Assembly: GCA_049523455.1 (NCBI GenBank)
Contig: JBEKMW010000006.1
Location: 5,731 to 69,730, forward strand
Direction of reading: 5' to 3'
Length of the DNA stretch: 64,000 bases
DNA from: Verrucomicrobiota bacterium
GTDB lineage: Bacteria > Verrucomicrobiota > Verrucomicrobiia > Limisphaerales > UBA11358
Position numbers and translations under genes: made by a program. The notes under the pieces are model-generated. The model ran no database searches, was not told where the DNA came from, and was given only the letters and a program-made list of their open reading frames with translations. Within the stretch, counting starts at the first letter, position 1, and the number at the start of each line of letters is the position of its first letter. Shown here in pieces: positions 44,710 to 52,837 of the stretch.

Positions 44710-45930
44710 ATGGTTGATCCCTCCATCAACGAACGAAGCACCGGGCTGGACCGCCTGCAACTGGCGGCGCTGGCCGGGCTGATGCTCATCGGCACGGCGT
44801 TCATTTACAGCGCCACGACGTCGAATGCGGACGCCGCGTCGTTGCCTTGGTATGACCAGAGCTGGGTGCGGCAGCTCATCTGGTATGCGCTGGGCCTGGG
44901 CGTGGGTGCGGCGGTGTGCCTCGTGGACTACCACACGCTGGCGCGCTGGTCGCTCGTCGCCTACTGCGCGGCGATTTTCTTCCTGGTCCTGGTGTTGATC
45001 CCCCATATCGGCCAGATGCGCTTCGGCGCGCGGCGGTGGATTGAATTCAAGGTCTTCCAATTCCAGCCCAGCGAATTTGCCAAGCTGGCCTTCATTCTGG
45101 CCGCCGCCAATTTCCTGAGTCGGCCCGCCGGGGAACTGCGGCGTCCGGCAACTTTCTGGACGGGCATGGGCCTGATGCTCCTGCCGTTCGTCCTGATATT
45201 GAAGGAACCGGACCTGGGTTCGGCGCTCGTGTTATTGCCGACCGGTTTGGTGATGATGTTCGTCGCGGGCACTCCTGGGCGCTATTTGGGGCTATTGGCC
45301 GGCTCCGTGGGCCTGCTGGCGGCGTTGTTTCTCGTGGATGCGGTGTTTTTGCCGCCCGGCTGGTGGCAGATTCCCATGCCGCCCTATCAGCGCGACCGGC
45401 TGCTGGTTTATTTTGACAGGGATTACCGATCTTTCGCTCCGCCGAACGCCACCCCGGCGGAGTTGCAAAGCCTGAATGCACAGGAAGAAAAGGACTCGTA
45501 CAACGTCCGTCAGGCTTTGATTTCCGTCGGCTCCGGTGGGCTGTTCGGCAAAGGGTGGCAGCGGGGGACGCAGCACAAATATGACTACCTGCCCCGGGCG
45601 GTGCAACATAACGACTTCATCTTCTCGGTCATCGCCGAGGAGGAAGGTTTCGTTGGCAGCGTGGTTGTGCTGGCGCTGTATGCGGTGGTTCTGTTCACCG
45701 GACTGAGAATCGCCGGCCAGGCGCGCGACCGCCTGGGCAAACTCGTGGTGGCGGGCGTGGTCACGCTCGTCTTCAGCCACATATTCATCAACATCGGCAT
45801 GAACATTCGCATCATGCCCGTGACGGGCGTGCCACTGCCGCTGCTTTCCTACGGCGGGTCTTCAGTGCTCGGCTCGTGGATCGCCGTGGGCTTGATGCAA
45901 AACGTTTACATTCATCGAAGAGGATACTGA
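44710..45930 (+). CDS. rodA: rod shape-determining protein RodA (SEDS family)
   Basis: QPSEFAKLAFIL, LILKEPDLGSAL, DFIFSVIAEEEGFVGS, PVTGVPLPLLSYGGSS. Confidence 0.9.
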   Translation: MVDPSINERSTGLDRLQLAALAGLMLIGTAFIYSATTSNADAASLPWYDQSWVRQLIWYALGLGVGAAVCLVDYHTLARWSLVAYCAAIFFLVLVLIPHIGQMRFGARRWIEFKVFQFQPSEFAKLAFILAAANFLSRPAGELRRPATFWTGMGLMLLPFVLILKEPDLGSALVLLPTGLVMMFVAGTPGRYLGLLAGSVGLLAALFLVDAVFLPPGWWQIPMPPYQRDRLLVYFDRDYRSFAPPNATPAELQSLNAQEEKDSYNVRQALISVGSGGLFGKGWQRGTQHKYDYLPRAVQHNDFIFSVIAEEEGFVGSVVVLALYAVVLFTGLRIAGQARDRLGKLVVAGVVTLVFSHIFINIGMNIRIMPVTGVPLPLLSYGGSSVLGSWIAVGLMQNVYIHRRGY

Positions 45931-45933
45931 ATT

Positions 45934-47901
45934 ATGAGCAATAAAAATTTTTCACGGCGCCAGCGCGGCATGCGCTTCCGCCCCAAAGGTGGTCTGGGCC
46001 AGTCCCAGCAAAAATCCGACCGCGACGCCATCCAGGCGCGCGCCGACGCGGTGAGCGAACAGGGCGGCGCCGAGCACTTGTTTGAAAAACGCCACGCGCA
46101 CGAAATCGAGCGCGCGGAAAACATCGCCGCCGGCCTGCCGCCCCAGGGCGCGCCGCCGGTCGAAACGCCGCCAGTCCCCGTGGACAAAAAGAGCTTCCGC
46201 CAACCGCATCTCGATACCCCGGCCAAGGTGGAGGAGGAAACCCCATTTCAGCCGGTGGCCATTCCCGAACAATCCAAGGGCATTCTGGACTCCATCAAAA
46301 ATGTCGCCGTCTCGCTGGTCAAAAAAGTCCAGCGGCTCATTCGGCCGGAAAAGAAGACCCACAAGGAGATCGTCATCAACGCCGAGACGCTCGAAACGCG
46401 CGTGGCGGTGCTGGAGGATGGCAAGCTCGAGGAATTCAACATTGAGCGCACCACCGAGGAGCGCCTCGTGGGCAGCATGTTCAAGGGCAAGGTTCGCAAC
46501 CTCGAAGACGGACTGAAAGCCGCCTTTGTGGACATCGGGTTCGAGAAGAACGCCTTCCTGCATTACTGGGACATTGTGCCCAACCAGTTCGACAGCGGCG
46601 TGGAAATCGTCGAGCGCGAAGGACGCCGGCCGACCCGCCCCAAAATCACGCAGCGGGACATTCCGCGCCTCTACCCGCCCGGCAGCGAGATCATCGTGCA
46701 GGTCACCAAGGGCCCCATCGGCACCAAAGGCCCGCGTATCACCACCAACCTCGTCCTGCCCGGACGTTACCTCGTGCTCCTGCCCAATTCGGACCAGTCC
46801 GGCATTTCGCGCAAGATTGAGAACCAGGAGGAACGCAAGCGCCTCAAGAAAATCCTGCGAGAACTGGCCATTCCCGATGGCATGGGCGTCATCATGCGCA
46901 CCGCCGGCGAAGGCCAGCAAAAACGCTACTTCGTGCGCGACCTCGCGTTGTTGCTCGAGGAATGGCGCGGTGTGCAGGAAAAAATCAAAGACCAGCCCAT
47001 GGCCACTTGCGTCTTCCAGGAACCCGACCTCATCGAACGCACCGTGCGCGACTTCCTCACCGAAGATGTTGAACGGATCGTGGTGGACAACCCCAAGGCC
47101 CACGACCGGATGCGCGAAATGATTTCCAAAATCTCCAAGCGCTCGGCGAGCAAGATCAAACTCTACTCTGAGGCCCAGGCCGTGTTCGACCGGTTCAACA
47201 TCACCAAGCAGCTCGAGAGCACCTTCTCGCGCCAGGTGCACCTCAAGAGCGGCGGCTACATCGTCATTGACGAAACCGAAGCGCTCGTGGCCATTGACGT
47301 GAACACCGGCCGCCACAAGGGCAGCAAGGACCAGGAATCCACCATCTTGAAGGTCAACCAGGAAGCCGCCGAGGAAATTACCCGCCAACTGCGCCTGCGC
47401 AACATGGGCGGCCTCATCGTGCTGGATTTCATTGACATGAAACAGCGCCGCGACCAGCACTCGGTTTACCAGAAGATGAAGGAAGGCCTGCGCCGCGACA
47501 AAGCCAAGACGCACATCCTGCCCATCTCCCAGCTCGGCCTCATGGAAATGACGCGCCAGCGACACACCGAGAGCGTGCGGTCGGCGGTGTATGACGATTG
47601 TCCCTATTGCAAGGGCCGCGGCAAGGTAAAGAGTGCCATCACCATGAGCGTGGAAATCCAGCGCAAGCTCCAGGAAATCCTGAAAAAGCGCACCCGCGAC
47701 GAGTCGGATTTCCAACTGCGCATTGTGGTGCATCCCACCGTGTTGGACCGGTTGCGCACCGAGGACGAAAAACTGCTCATCGAAATGGAGAAGCGCTACT
47801 TCGGCAAGCTGTCCTTCCGCGCCGACTCCGCCATGCACGCCGAGCAATTCAAAATTGTCAACGTGGAGAACAACGAAGAACTGGCCAGCGTGGGCTCCTG
47901 A
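45934..47901 (+). CDS. rng: ribonuclease G/E family endoribonuclease with long N-terminal extension
   Basis: Catalytic core from ~aa 145 (EIVINAETLETRVAVLEDGKLEEFNIER, S1 domain GSMFKGKVRNLEDGLKAAFVDIG, DVNTGR, C-terminal CPYCKGRG). It is preceded by a ~140-aa basic/Pro-rich region. Confidence 0.85.
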   Translation: MSNKNFSRRQRGMRFRPKGGLGQSQQKSDRDAIQARADAVSEQGGAEHLFEKRHAHEIERAENIAAGLPPQGAPPVETPPVPVDKKSFRQPHLDTPAKVEEETPFQPVAIPEQSKGILDSIKNVAVSLVKKVQRLIRPEKKTHKEIVINAETLETRVAVLEDGKLEEFNIERTTEERLVGSMFKGKVRNLEDGLKAAFVDIGFEKNAFLHYWDIVPNQFDSGVEIVEREGRRPTRPKITQRDIPRLYPPGSEIIVQVTKGPIGTKGPRITTNLVLPGRYLVLLPNSDQSGISRKIENQEERKRLKKILRELAIPDGMGVIMRTAGEGQQKRYFVRDLALLLEEWRGVQEKIKDQPMATCVFQEPDLIERTVRDFLTEDVERIVVDNPKAHDRMREMISKISKRSASKIKLYSEAQAVFDRFNITKQLESTFSRQVHLKSGGYIVIDETEALVAIDVNTGRHKGSKDQESTILKVNQEAAEEITRQLRLRNMGGLIVLDFIDMKQRRDQHSVYQKMKEGLRRDKAKTHILPISQLGLMEMTRQRHTESVRSAVYDDCPYCKGRGKVKSAITMSVEIQRKLQEILKKRTRDESDFQLRIVVHPTVLDRLRTEDEKLLIEMEKRYFGKLSFRADSAMHAEQFKIVNVENNEELASVGS

Positions 47902-47934
47902 GCCGGTAATGGCGCCCTCCGGGCGCGGGTTTGC

Positions 47935-47959
47935 GGCGGACGGCGCGCGGCGCCGTCCG
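47935..47959 (+). terminator. GC hairpin downstream of rng (no U-tract)
   Basis: GCGGACGGCGC-GCG-GCGCCGTCCGC, 34 nt after the rng stop. Confidence 0.35.
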
Positions 47960-48044
47960 CGCCGGGGTGGCGGGGGGACATCGTAATGCGATTTCCCTGC
48001 CGCTAAATCAACCCGCCAGCGCCCTCATCGTCCGAAGGTACCAT

Positions 48045-48073
48045 TTGACTTGGAGGGAACCTTGCGCTATATA
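48045..48073 (+). promoter_or_regulatory. near-consensus sigma-70 promoter of the Phd/RelE-like operon
   Basis: TTGACT (48045-48050), 17-nt spacer, TATATA (48068-48073). The antitoxin ATG is at 48083, so the transcript would be leaderless or nearly so. Confidence 0.45.
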
Positions 48074-48082
48074 GAATCCACC

Positions 48083-48325
48083 ATGAAAGATACGTTGACA
48101 ATCACTCAGGGGCAGGCGCAACTTCCGGCGCTCTGCCGCAAGCAAAGGACCACCGCCATTACGCGGAACGGTCAAGTTGTGTCTTTCATCGTTCCCCGGC
48201 AGAGGATGTCGGACTTGCTGGAACAAATGGAAATTCTGGCCAACCCAGCCGCGATGAAAGCCATCAAAAAGGCACGGGCTGGCAGAGGCAAATTCCATTC
48301 TTTGAGCGTGTTGGATGAAAACTAA
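48083..48325 (+). CDS. Phd/YefM-type antitoxin
   Basis: MKDTLTITQGQAQLPALCRKQRTTAITRNGQVVSFIVP... is the typical Phd/YefM N-terminal fold pattern. Confidence 0.65.
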   Translation: MKDTLTITQGQAQLPALCRKQRTTAITRNGQVVSFIVPRQRMSDLLEQMEILANPAAMKAIKKARAGRGKFHSLSVLDEN

Positions 48326-48602
48326 AGTCCTCCTTGAGGACCAGGTGCTGAAATTCATCCGGCGCCAGCCGCCGGAAACGCGCCGGCGCTTGCGCGACGC
48401 GCTGCACGCGGTGGAAAACGGCGAACGATTTCCTGAACCGCTGGAAGACGAACTGGAAGGATTTTACAAACTCAAAGTCGAACGCATCCGCATCCTCATG
48501 CAGGCCGGCGCTCGCGAATCCGGGCCGGTATTCAAGGCCATTTTTGCCGAACGCCGCAAGACGGTTTATGAGCTCTTCAGCCAGATTTTGGGGCTGGATT
48601 GA
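48315..48602 (+). CDS. RelE/ParE-superfamily toxin
   Basis: Overlaps the antitoxin by 11 nt. ...LEGFYKLKVERIRILMQAG...VFKAIFAERRKTVYE is the RelE/ParE core pattern. Confidence 0.6.
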   Translation: MKTKVLLEDQVLKFIRRQPPETRRRLRDALHAVENGERFPEPLEDELEGFYKLKVERIRILMQAGARESGPVFKAIFAERRKTVYELFSQILGLD

Positions 48603-48664
48603 GCCATAACGAAACCGTTGTTTTTGGGCATGCCTATGGACCGGACCTGGAAAGGTCGACTGTG

Positions 48665-49096
48665 CTAGCCTGGCCGCAGGAAAGTCGCACCCAAGGACAC
48701 GATGCCCGCAATCGTTGCTGAAATCCCCACGACCCGCGCGACGATTGCGGGTTGCGGAAGAAGTTTCTCCGCCGCAATGCCCGACCCGAACCAAGTCTGG
48801 CCGGGCATTCGCATCCACATCATGGACATCGTCCAACCGCCGGGCATGCCCATGCCGCCGCCCATCGAGCGGCAGAAATAAGCGGTGGCCGACACGCCGG
48901 CGACGAACGCAAGGCCACAAACCGCGATAAATCCGGCGGGGAGCGCGCCTGCCCCGGGCGCCGCGCTCGGCGCCTCGCCGAACGCTCCTCCTCCCGCTTC
49001 TCTTCTTGGTGTTCTTTGTTGCCGTTGATCCGCTGTATCCCTGCCCGGTTGGTCAAGCGCAGCAGCAGTCATTGGCGGCTCCTTTATATTGGTCAT
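48665..49096 (-). CDS. short Met-rich membrane protein (DUF2182-like motif), possibly truncated
   Basis: CRSMGGGMGMPGGWTMSMMWMRMPGQTW resembles the Met-rich segment of predicted metal-binding membrane proteins. It is much shorter than that family as I remember it. It overlaps the 3' end of the DUF899 gene. Confidence 0.35.
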   Translation of the reverse strand: MTNIKEPPMTAAALDQPGRDTADQRQQRTPRREAGGGAFGEAPSAAPGAGALPAGFIAVCGLAFVAGVSATAYFCRSMGGGMGMPGGWTMSMMWMRMPGQTWFGSGIAAEKLLPQPAIVARVVGISATIAGIVSLGATFLRPG

Positions 49097-49808
49097 GATA
49101 GCGCACCCAGTCCTGCGTGTGGTCGGGATTTTCGTCGCGGCCTTTCGCGGTGAGGTCGAGGAAATTGTAAGTCGTGTTCATCAGGTCAATCCCGCGCGCG
49201 TAGGACGAATAGGTGCGGTAAATGTCGCCGTTCTGGTCCCGGTAAAACGCGCTCACGCCCTCGCGCTCGTCAATGTCCATGTCCAGCGGCGCATAGTTGT
49301 AAATGGCCGTGCCGCGCTTGAGCTGCTCCGGCGTGAACGACACGTTGAAATCAAAATTGAAATCCGTGTTGGACGAGGAAACCCATTTGAACTTCCACCC
49401 CATGCGCTTCTTGAACCGCTCGATTTCCTTCCACGGCGCGCGGGACACCACCGCGAAGGCCGTGTCGCGCGCTCCAATGTGAAGATTCACGCTGTCGTAA
49501 TGGTCCGCCCAAAACGAGCAATGCGCGCAACCTTCTCCCCAGCCCGGCCCGAACATGAAGTGATAGATAATGAGCTGGCTCTTGCCGCAAAACAACTCAC
49601 CCAGCGCCACCTTGCCCGTTGGCCCCGCGAAAACGTATTCCTTTTCGATCTTCACCCAGGGCAGCTTGCGGCGTTGCCGGTTCATTTCGTCGCGCCGCTT
49701 CGAGAACTTCTTTTCCTTCACCAGCAGCTTCTTGCGGGCGGCGATCCATTCTTTTTGCGAAACCACCTTGCGGTTTTCGATTCCGTGGACGGTTTTGATT
49801 TTCGGCAT
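49053..49808 (-). CDS. DUF899 thioredoxin-like protein
   Basis: SQKEWIAARKKLLVKEKKFSKRRDEMNRQRRKLPWVKIEKEYVF..., LIIYHFMFGP...GCAHCSFWADH. Confidence 0.8.
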   Translation of the reverse strand: MPKIKTVHGIENRKVVSQKEWIAARKKLLVKEKKFSKRRDEMNRQRRKLPWVKIEKEYVFAGPTGKVALGELFCGKSQLIIYHFMFGPGWGEGCAHCSFWADHYDSVNLHIGARDTAFAVVSRAPWKEIERFKKRMGWKFKWVSSSNTDFNFDFNVSFTPEQLKRGTAIYNYAPLDMDIDEREGVSAFYRDQNGDIYRTYSSYARGIDLMNTTYNFLDLTAKGRDENPDHTQDWVRYHDQYKGAANDCCCA

Positions 49809-49904
49809 GATATTCTCCTTTTATTGTTGTTACCTCATCATTGTGGATTTTCAAACGGAATTTCCCGTGTCCTTCTGGCGCCAACGTCGGGTGTCCTCGT
49901 GCGC

Positions 49905-50111
49905 CTACGCCGGGTGGCAACACGAGCCGGAGTTCTGGGGAAGTGACCCGTACTCATCGCGGCGGCACCACCAGATGCCCGTCTCGTTGCGCCCAAGTGG
50001 CGCACGGTCGAGCCACTGGTACATGCCCCAAAGGCCGTCCAGCCCGCGCGCATAGATGGAATAGGTGTGGTAAACCACGCCGTCCTCGAGCGTGAACGCG
50101 CTCATGCCCGG
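49905..50111 (-). pseudogene. C-terminal fragment of a second DUF899 paralog
   Basis: PGMSAFTLEDGVVYHTYSIYARGLDGLWGMYQWLDRAPLGRNE parallels EGVSAFYRDQNGDIYRTYSSYARGIDLMNTTYNFLDLTAKGRDE of the intact neighbour. The N-terminal two thirds are absent. Confidence 0.6.
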
Positions 50112-50379
50112 CTTTTCACGTATAGGGACTGATAACCCGCGGCTTTGCCGCTGGCCAGGTTCCGTCGCCACTCCGTGGCTGAACTGATTTTCGTGAGTTC
50201 TGAGCGGCAGAGTTGTCTGCCAGAAGTGTGAATTTATTAGGACTGGAATTAAGATTGCGAAAAAGGCCATCATCAAGACGCTCAAATAGGGAAGAATCCG
50301 CGTGACACGACATCAGACACATCGGGGGCTGGCAGGACGCGGCTGCTGGATTTGTCGCCCGCGAAAAATTGAATGACCT

Positions 50380-51513
50380 ATGATCAAGAACGTTTGCAAC
50401 TCCTGCGGTCAACCTTTCGTATCTTCCGACGCGCCCGTGGGCGCTCCCATAAAATGTCCGCGCTGCGGCGCGGAAAACGTCGTCGCCCCTCCCAAGCCGC
50501 CGCCGCTCCCGGTCCCCGCCAAATGGGGCGCCCCGGCGGAGCGAGCGCCGGGCAATTCTCCGGTCATGCCGGTCGCCCAGCGCATCATTGACAACATCGA
50601 GAAGGTAATCGTCGGCAAACATAACGAAATCATGCTCACACTGGTGGCGTATTGCGCCGAGGGCCACGTGCTGTTGGAAGACGTGCCTGGCGTGGCCAAG
50701 ACCATGCTGGCCCGCGCGCTCTCGCGCAGCATCGGTTGCCAGTTTAAACGCATCCAGTGTACGCCCGACCTGTTGCCCAATGACATCACCGGCAGCTCGG
50801 TTTTCAATCCGAAAACCACCCAGTTCGAGTTCCGGCCCGGCCCGCTCTTCGCGCAAATCGTGCTGGCCGACGAAATCAACCGCGCCACGCCGCGCGCCCA
50901 AGCCGCCTTGCTCGAAGCCATGGCCGAGCGCAAGGTGACCTCCGACGGAAACAACTATGAATTGGCGCCGCCGTTTCTGCTGATCGCCACGCAGAATCCG
51001 ATTGACCACGAAGGCACGTTCCCACTGCCGGAAGCGCAATTGGACCGGTTCCTCGTCCGCCTGCGATTGGGCTACCCGCAGTTTGAGGACGAAGTCTCCA
51101 TGTTGCAGCGGCTCCAGTGGCAGCATCCCATCGAAGCCCTCGAGGCCGTCGCCACCGCCGATGAAATCGTCGCTTGCCAGGAATCGGTGGGGCAGGTGCA
51201 CGTGGACGACAAGGTGGGCCGCTACATCGTGCAACTCATCCAGGCCACGCGGGAACATTACGACGTGATTTTGGGCGGCAGTCCACGCGCCGGTCTGGCG
51301 TTGCAGCGTTGCGCCCAGGCCCTGGCGGCGGTCCATGGCTTTGATTTTGTCCTGCCCGACGACGTCAAACAAATGGCGCCGCACGTGCTCGGTCATCGGC
51401 TGATCCTCCGTCCGGAAAGCCGGTTGCGCAAGCGAACCGTGACCATGGTGCTGGATGAAATTCTCAACGCGGTGCCGGTCCCGCAAATGCCCGTGGGCGG
51501 TTTTGCCGAATGA
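50380..51513 (+). CDS. MoxR-family AAA+ ATPase with N-terminal zinc-ribbon
   Basis: N-terminus MIKNVCNSCGQPF...IKCPRCGAENVV (CxxC...CxxC) plus a Pro-rich linker. Then the MoxR core: GHVLLEDVPGVAKT (Walker A), VLADEINRA (Walker B), ATQNP. Confidence 0.9.
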   Translation: MIKNVCNSCGQPFVSSDAPVGAPIKCPRCGAENVVAPPKPPPLPVPAKWGAPAERAPGNSPVMPVAQRIIDNIEKVIVGKHNEIMLTLVAYCAEGHVLLEDVPGVAKTMLARALSRSIGCQFKRIQCTPDLLPNDITGSSVFNPKTTQFEFRPGPLFAQIVLADEINRATPRAQAALLEAMAERKVTSDGNNYELAPPFLLIATQNPIDHEGTFPLPEAQLDRFLVRLRLGYPQFEDEVSMLQRLQWQHPIEALEAVATADEIVACQESVGQVHVDDKVGRYIVQLIQATREHYDVILGGSPRAGLALQRCAQALAAVHGFDFVLPDDVKQMAPHVLGHRLILRPESRLRKRTVTMVLDEILNAVPVPQMPVGGFAE

Positions 51514-52835
51514 AATGGATTCTCGGCACATTGGGCTTGCTGGTGCTCGGCTTGCTGCTGAGATTGAGCCTGCTGGTCTATGCCATGTACGTGCTGCTGG
51601 GCATCCTGGCCCTCACCCGGTTCTTTTCCCGCGCGTGGACCGATGAACTCGTGGCCACCCGGTTTTGCGACCGTGACGTGTTGGAAATCGACGAGTCGGC
51701 CGCGGTTGAAGTCCACGTCAAAAATGAGGGCCGCCTTACGGTGCCGTGGCTGTTGGTTGAAGATTCCCTGCCGCACGATGCGCTGGTGCTGATGCCGCTC
51801 CACCTCAAGGTGGACGGTCCGCGCCTGACGCTCGTCCGGCTGAGGCCCGGCGAAACCATCAGCTTGGACTATCGGGTGACCTTCCTCATGCGCGGATATT
51901 ATCAACTGGGACCGCTGTTGCTGGAAACGGGTGACGTGTTTGGATTGCATCGCCGGTTCCGGGTGGCCACCGAGCCGCACTTTGCGATGGTGCTGCCCAA
52001 GGTGCTGCCATTGCAGGGCTACAATCTGGCATCGCGCCGCCCGCTCGGTGAGATTCGCGTGGTGCACCGGTTGTTCGAAGACCCCACGCGATTGGCTGGC
52101 ATCCGCTTGTATCAGCCAGGCGATCCCTTGAACCGCATTCATTGGCGGGCCACCGCGCGCACCGGGGAAATTCACAGCCGGGTTTATGAAAATTCCCGCG
52201 TGGCGGGCGCGACGTTTCTGCTGGATTTCCACGTGCGAAGTTATCAAGGCCATGGCGCGCCGGCGTCGGCGGAACTGGCGATGGTCACCATTGCCTCGCT
52301 CGCCAACGCGGTTTCGCTGATGGGCCAACAAATCGGTCTCGCCAGCAACGGCCGCGACGCCGCCGATCGCATCCGCGAGGAAGGTTGGGGCGCCGACTTT
52401 ATTACGCGGCGGGAGGCGCATCGGCGGGCGAAGGAGGCACTGGCCAACACGCGCTTGCGGCCCGTTCTGGTGCCGACGCGCAAGGGCGACGCCAACTTCA
52501 CGCGAATTCTCGAGACGCTGGCGCGCCTAGAGCACACGGACGGCTTGGAGTTTTCCGAAATGCTGGCGGAGGTGGCCAGTGAAATTCCGCGGGACGCCAC
52601 CGTGGTGGCGGTGCTCCGGCGGGTGACGCCGGCCACGGCGGCCGCGCTCGGCGAATTGGCCCGGCGCGGTTTTCTGGTGACGGTCATCGTGGTTTCAATC
52701 GAGTTGGAACCGACGCCCGATTGGGCGCAAGCACCGGATTGGGCGCAGATGTTGCTGGCCCAAGGCATGGATTTCCGCATCGTCAACACCGAGGAAGCGG
52801 TGTCGAATCTCTGCGCGGAAGCCATCGTGAGGTAA
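51510..52835 (+). CDS. DUF58 (vWA-like) protein
   Basis: ATGA overlap with the MoxR gene. N-terminal 2 TM helices; YQPGDPLNRIHWRATARTGEIHSRVYE is the DUF58 signature. Confidence 0.85.
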   Translation: MKWILGTLGLLVLGLLLRLSLLVYAMYVLLGILALTRFFSRAWTDELVATRFCDRDVLEIDESAAVEVHVKNEGRLTVPWLLVEDSLPHDALVLMPLHLKVDGPRLTLVRLRPGETISLDYRVTFLMRGYYQLGPLLLETGDVFGLHRRFRVATEPHFAMVLPKVLPLQGYNLASRRPLGEIRVVHRLFEDPTRLAGIRLYQPGDPLNRIHWRATARTGEIHSRVYENSRVAGATFLLDFHVRSYQGHGAPASAELAMVTIASLANAVSLMGQQIGLASNGRDAADRIREEGWGADFITRREAHRRAKEALANTRLRPVLVPTRKGDANFTRILETLARLEHTDGLEFSEMLAEVASEIPRDATVVAVLRRVTPATAAALGELARRGFLVTVIVVSIELEPTPDWAQAPDWAQMLLAQGMDFRIVNTEEAVSNLCAEAIVR

Positions 52836-52837
52836 TC

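Noticed and set aside
50116-52421. Long minus-strand ORFs 50116..51531 and 51393..52421
   Set aside because: They are antisense to the MoxR and DUF58 genes, which carry clear Walker and DUF58 signatures. These are mirror-frame artefacts.
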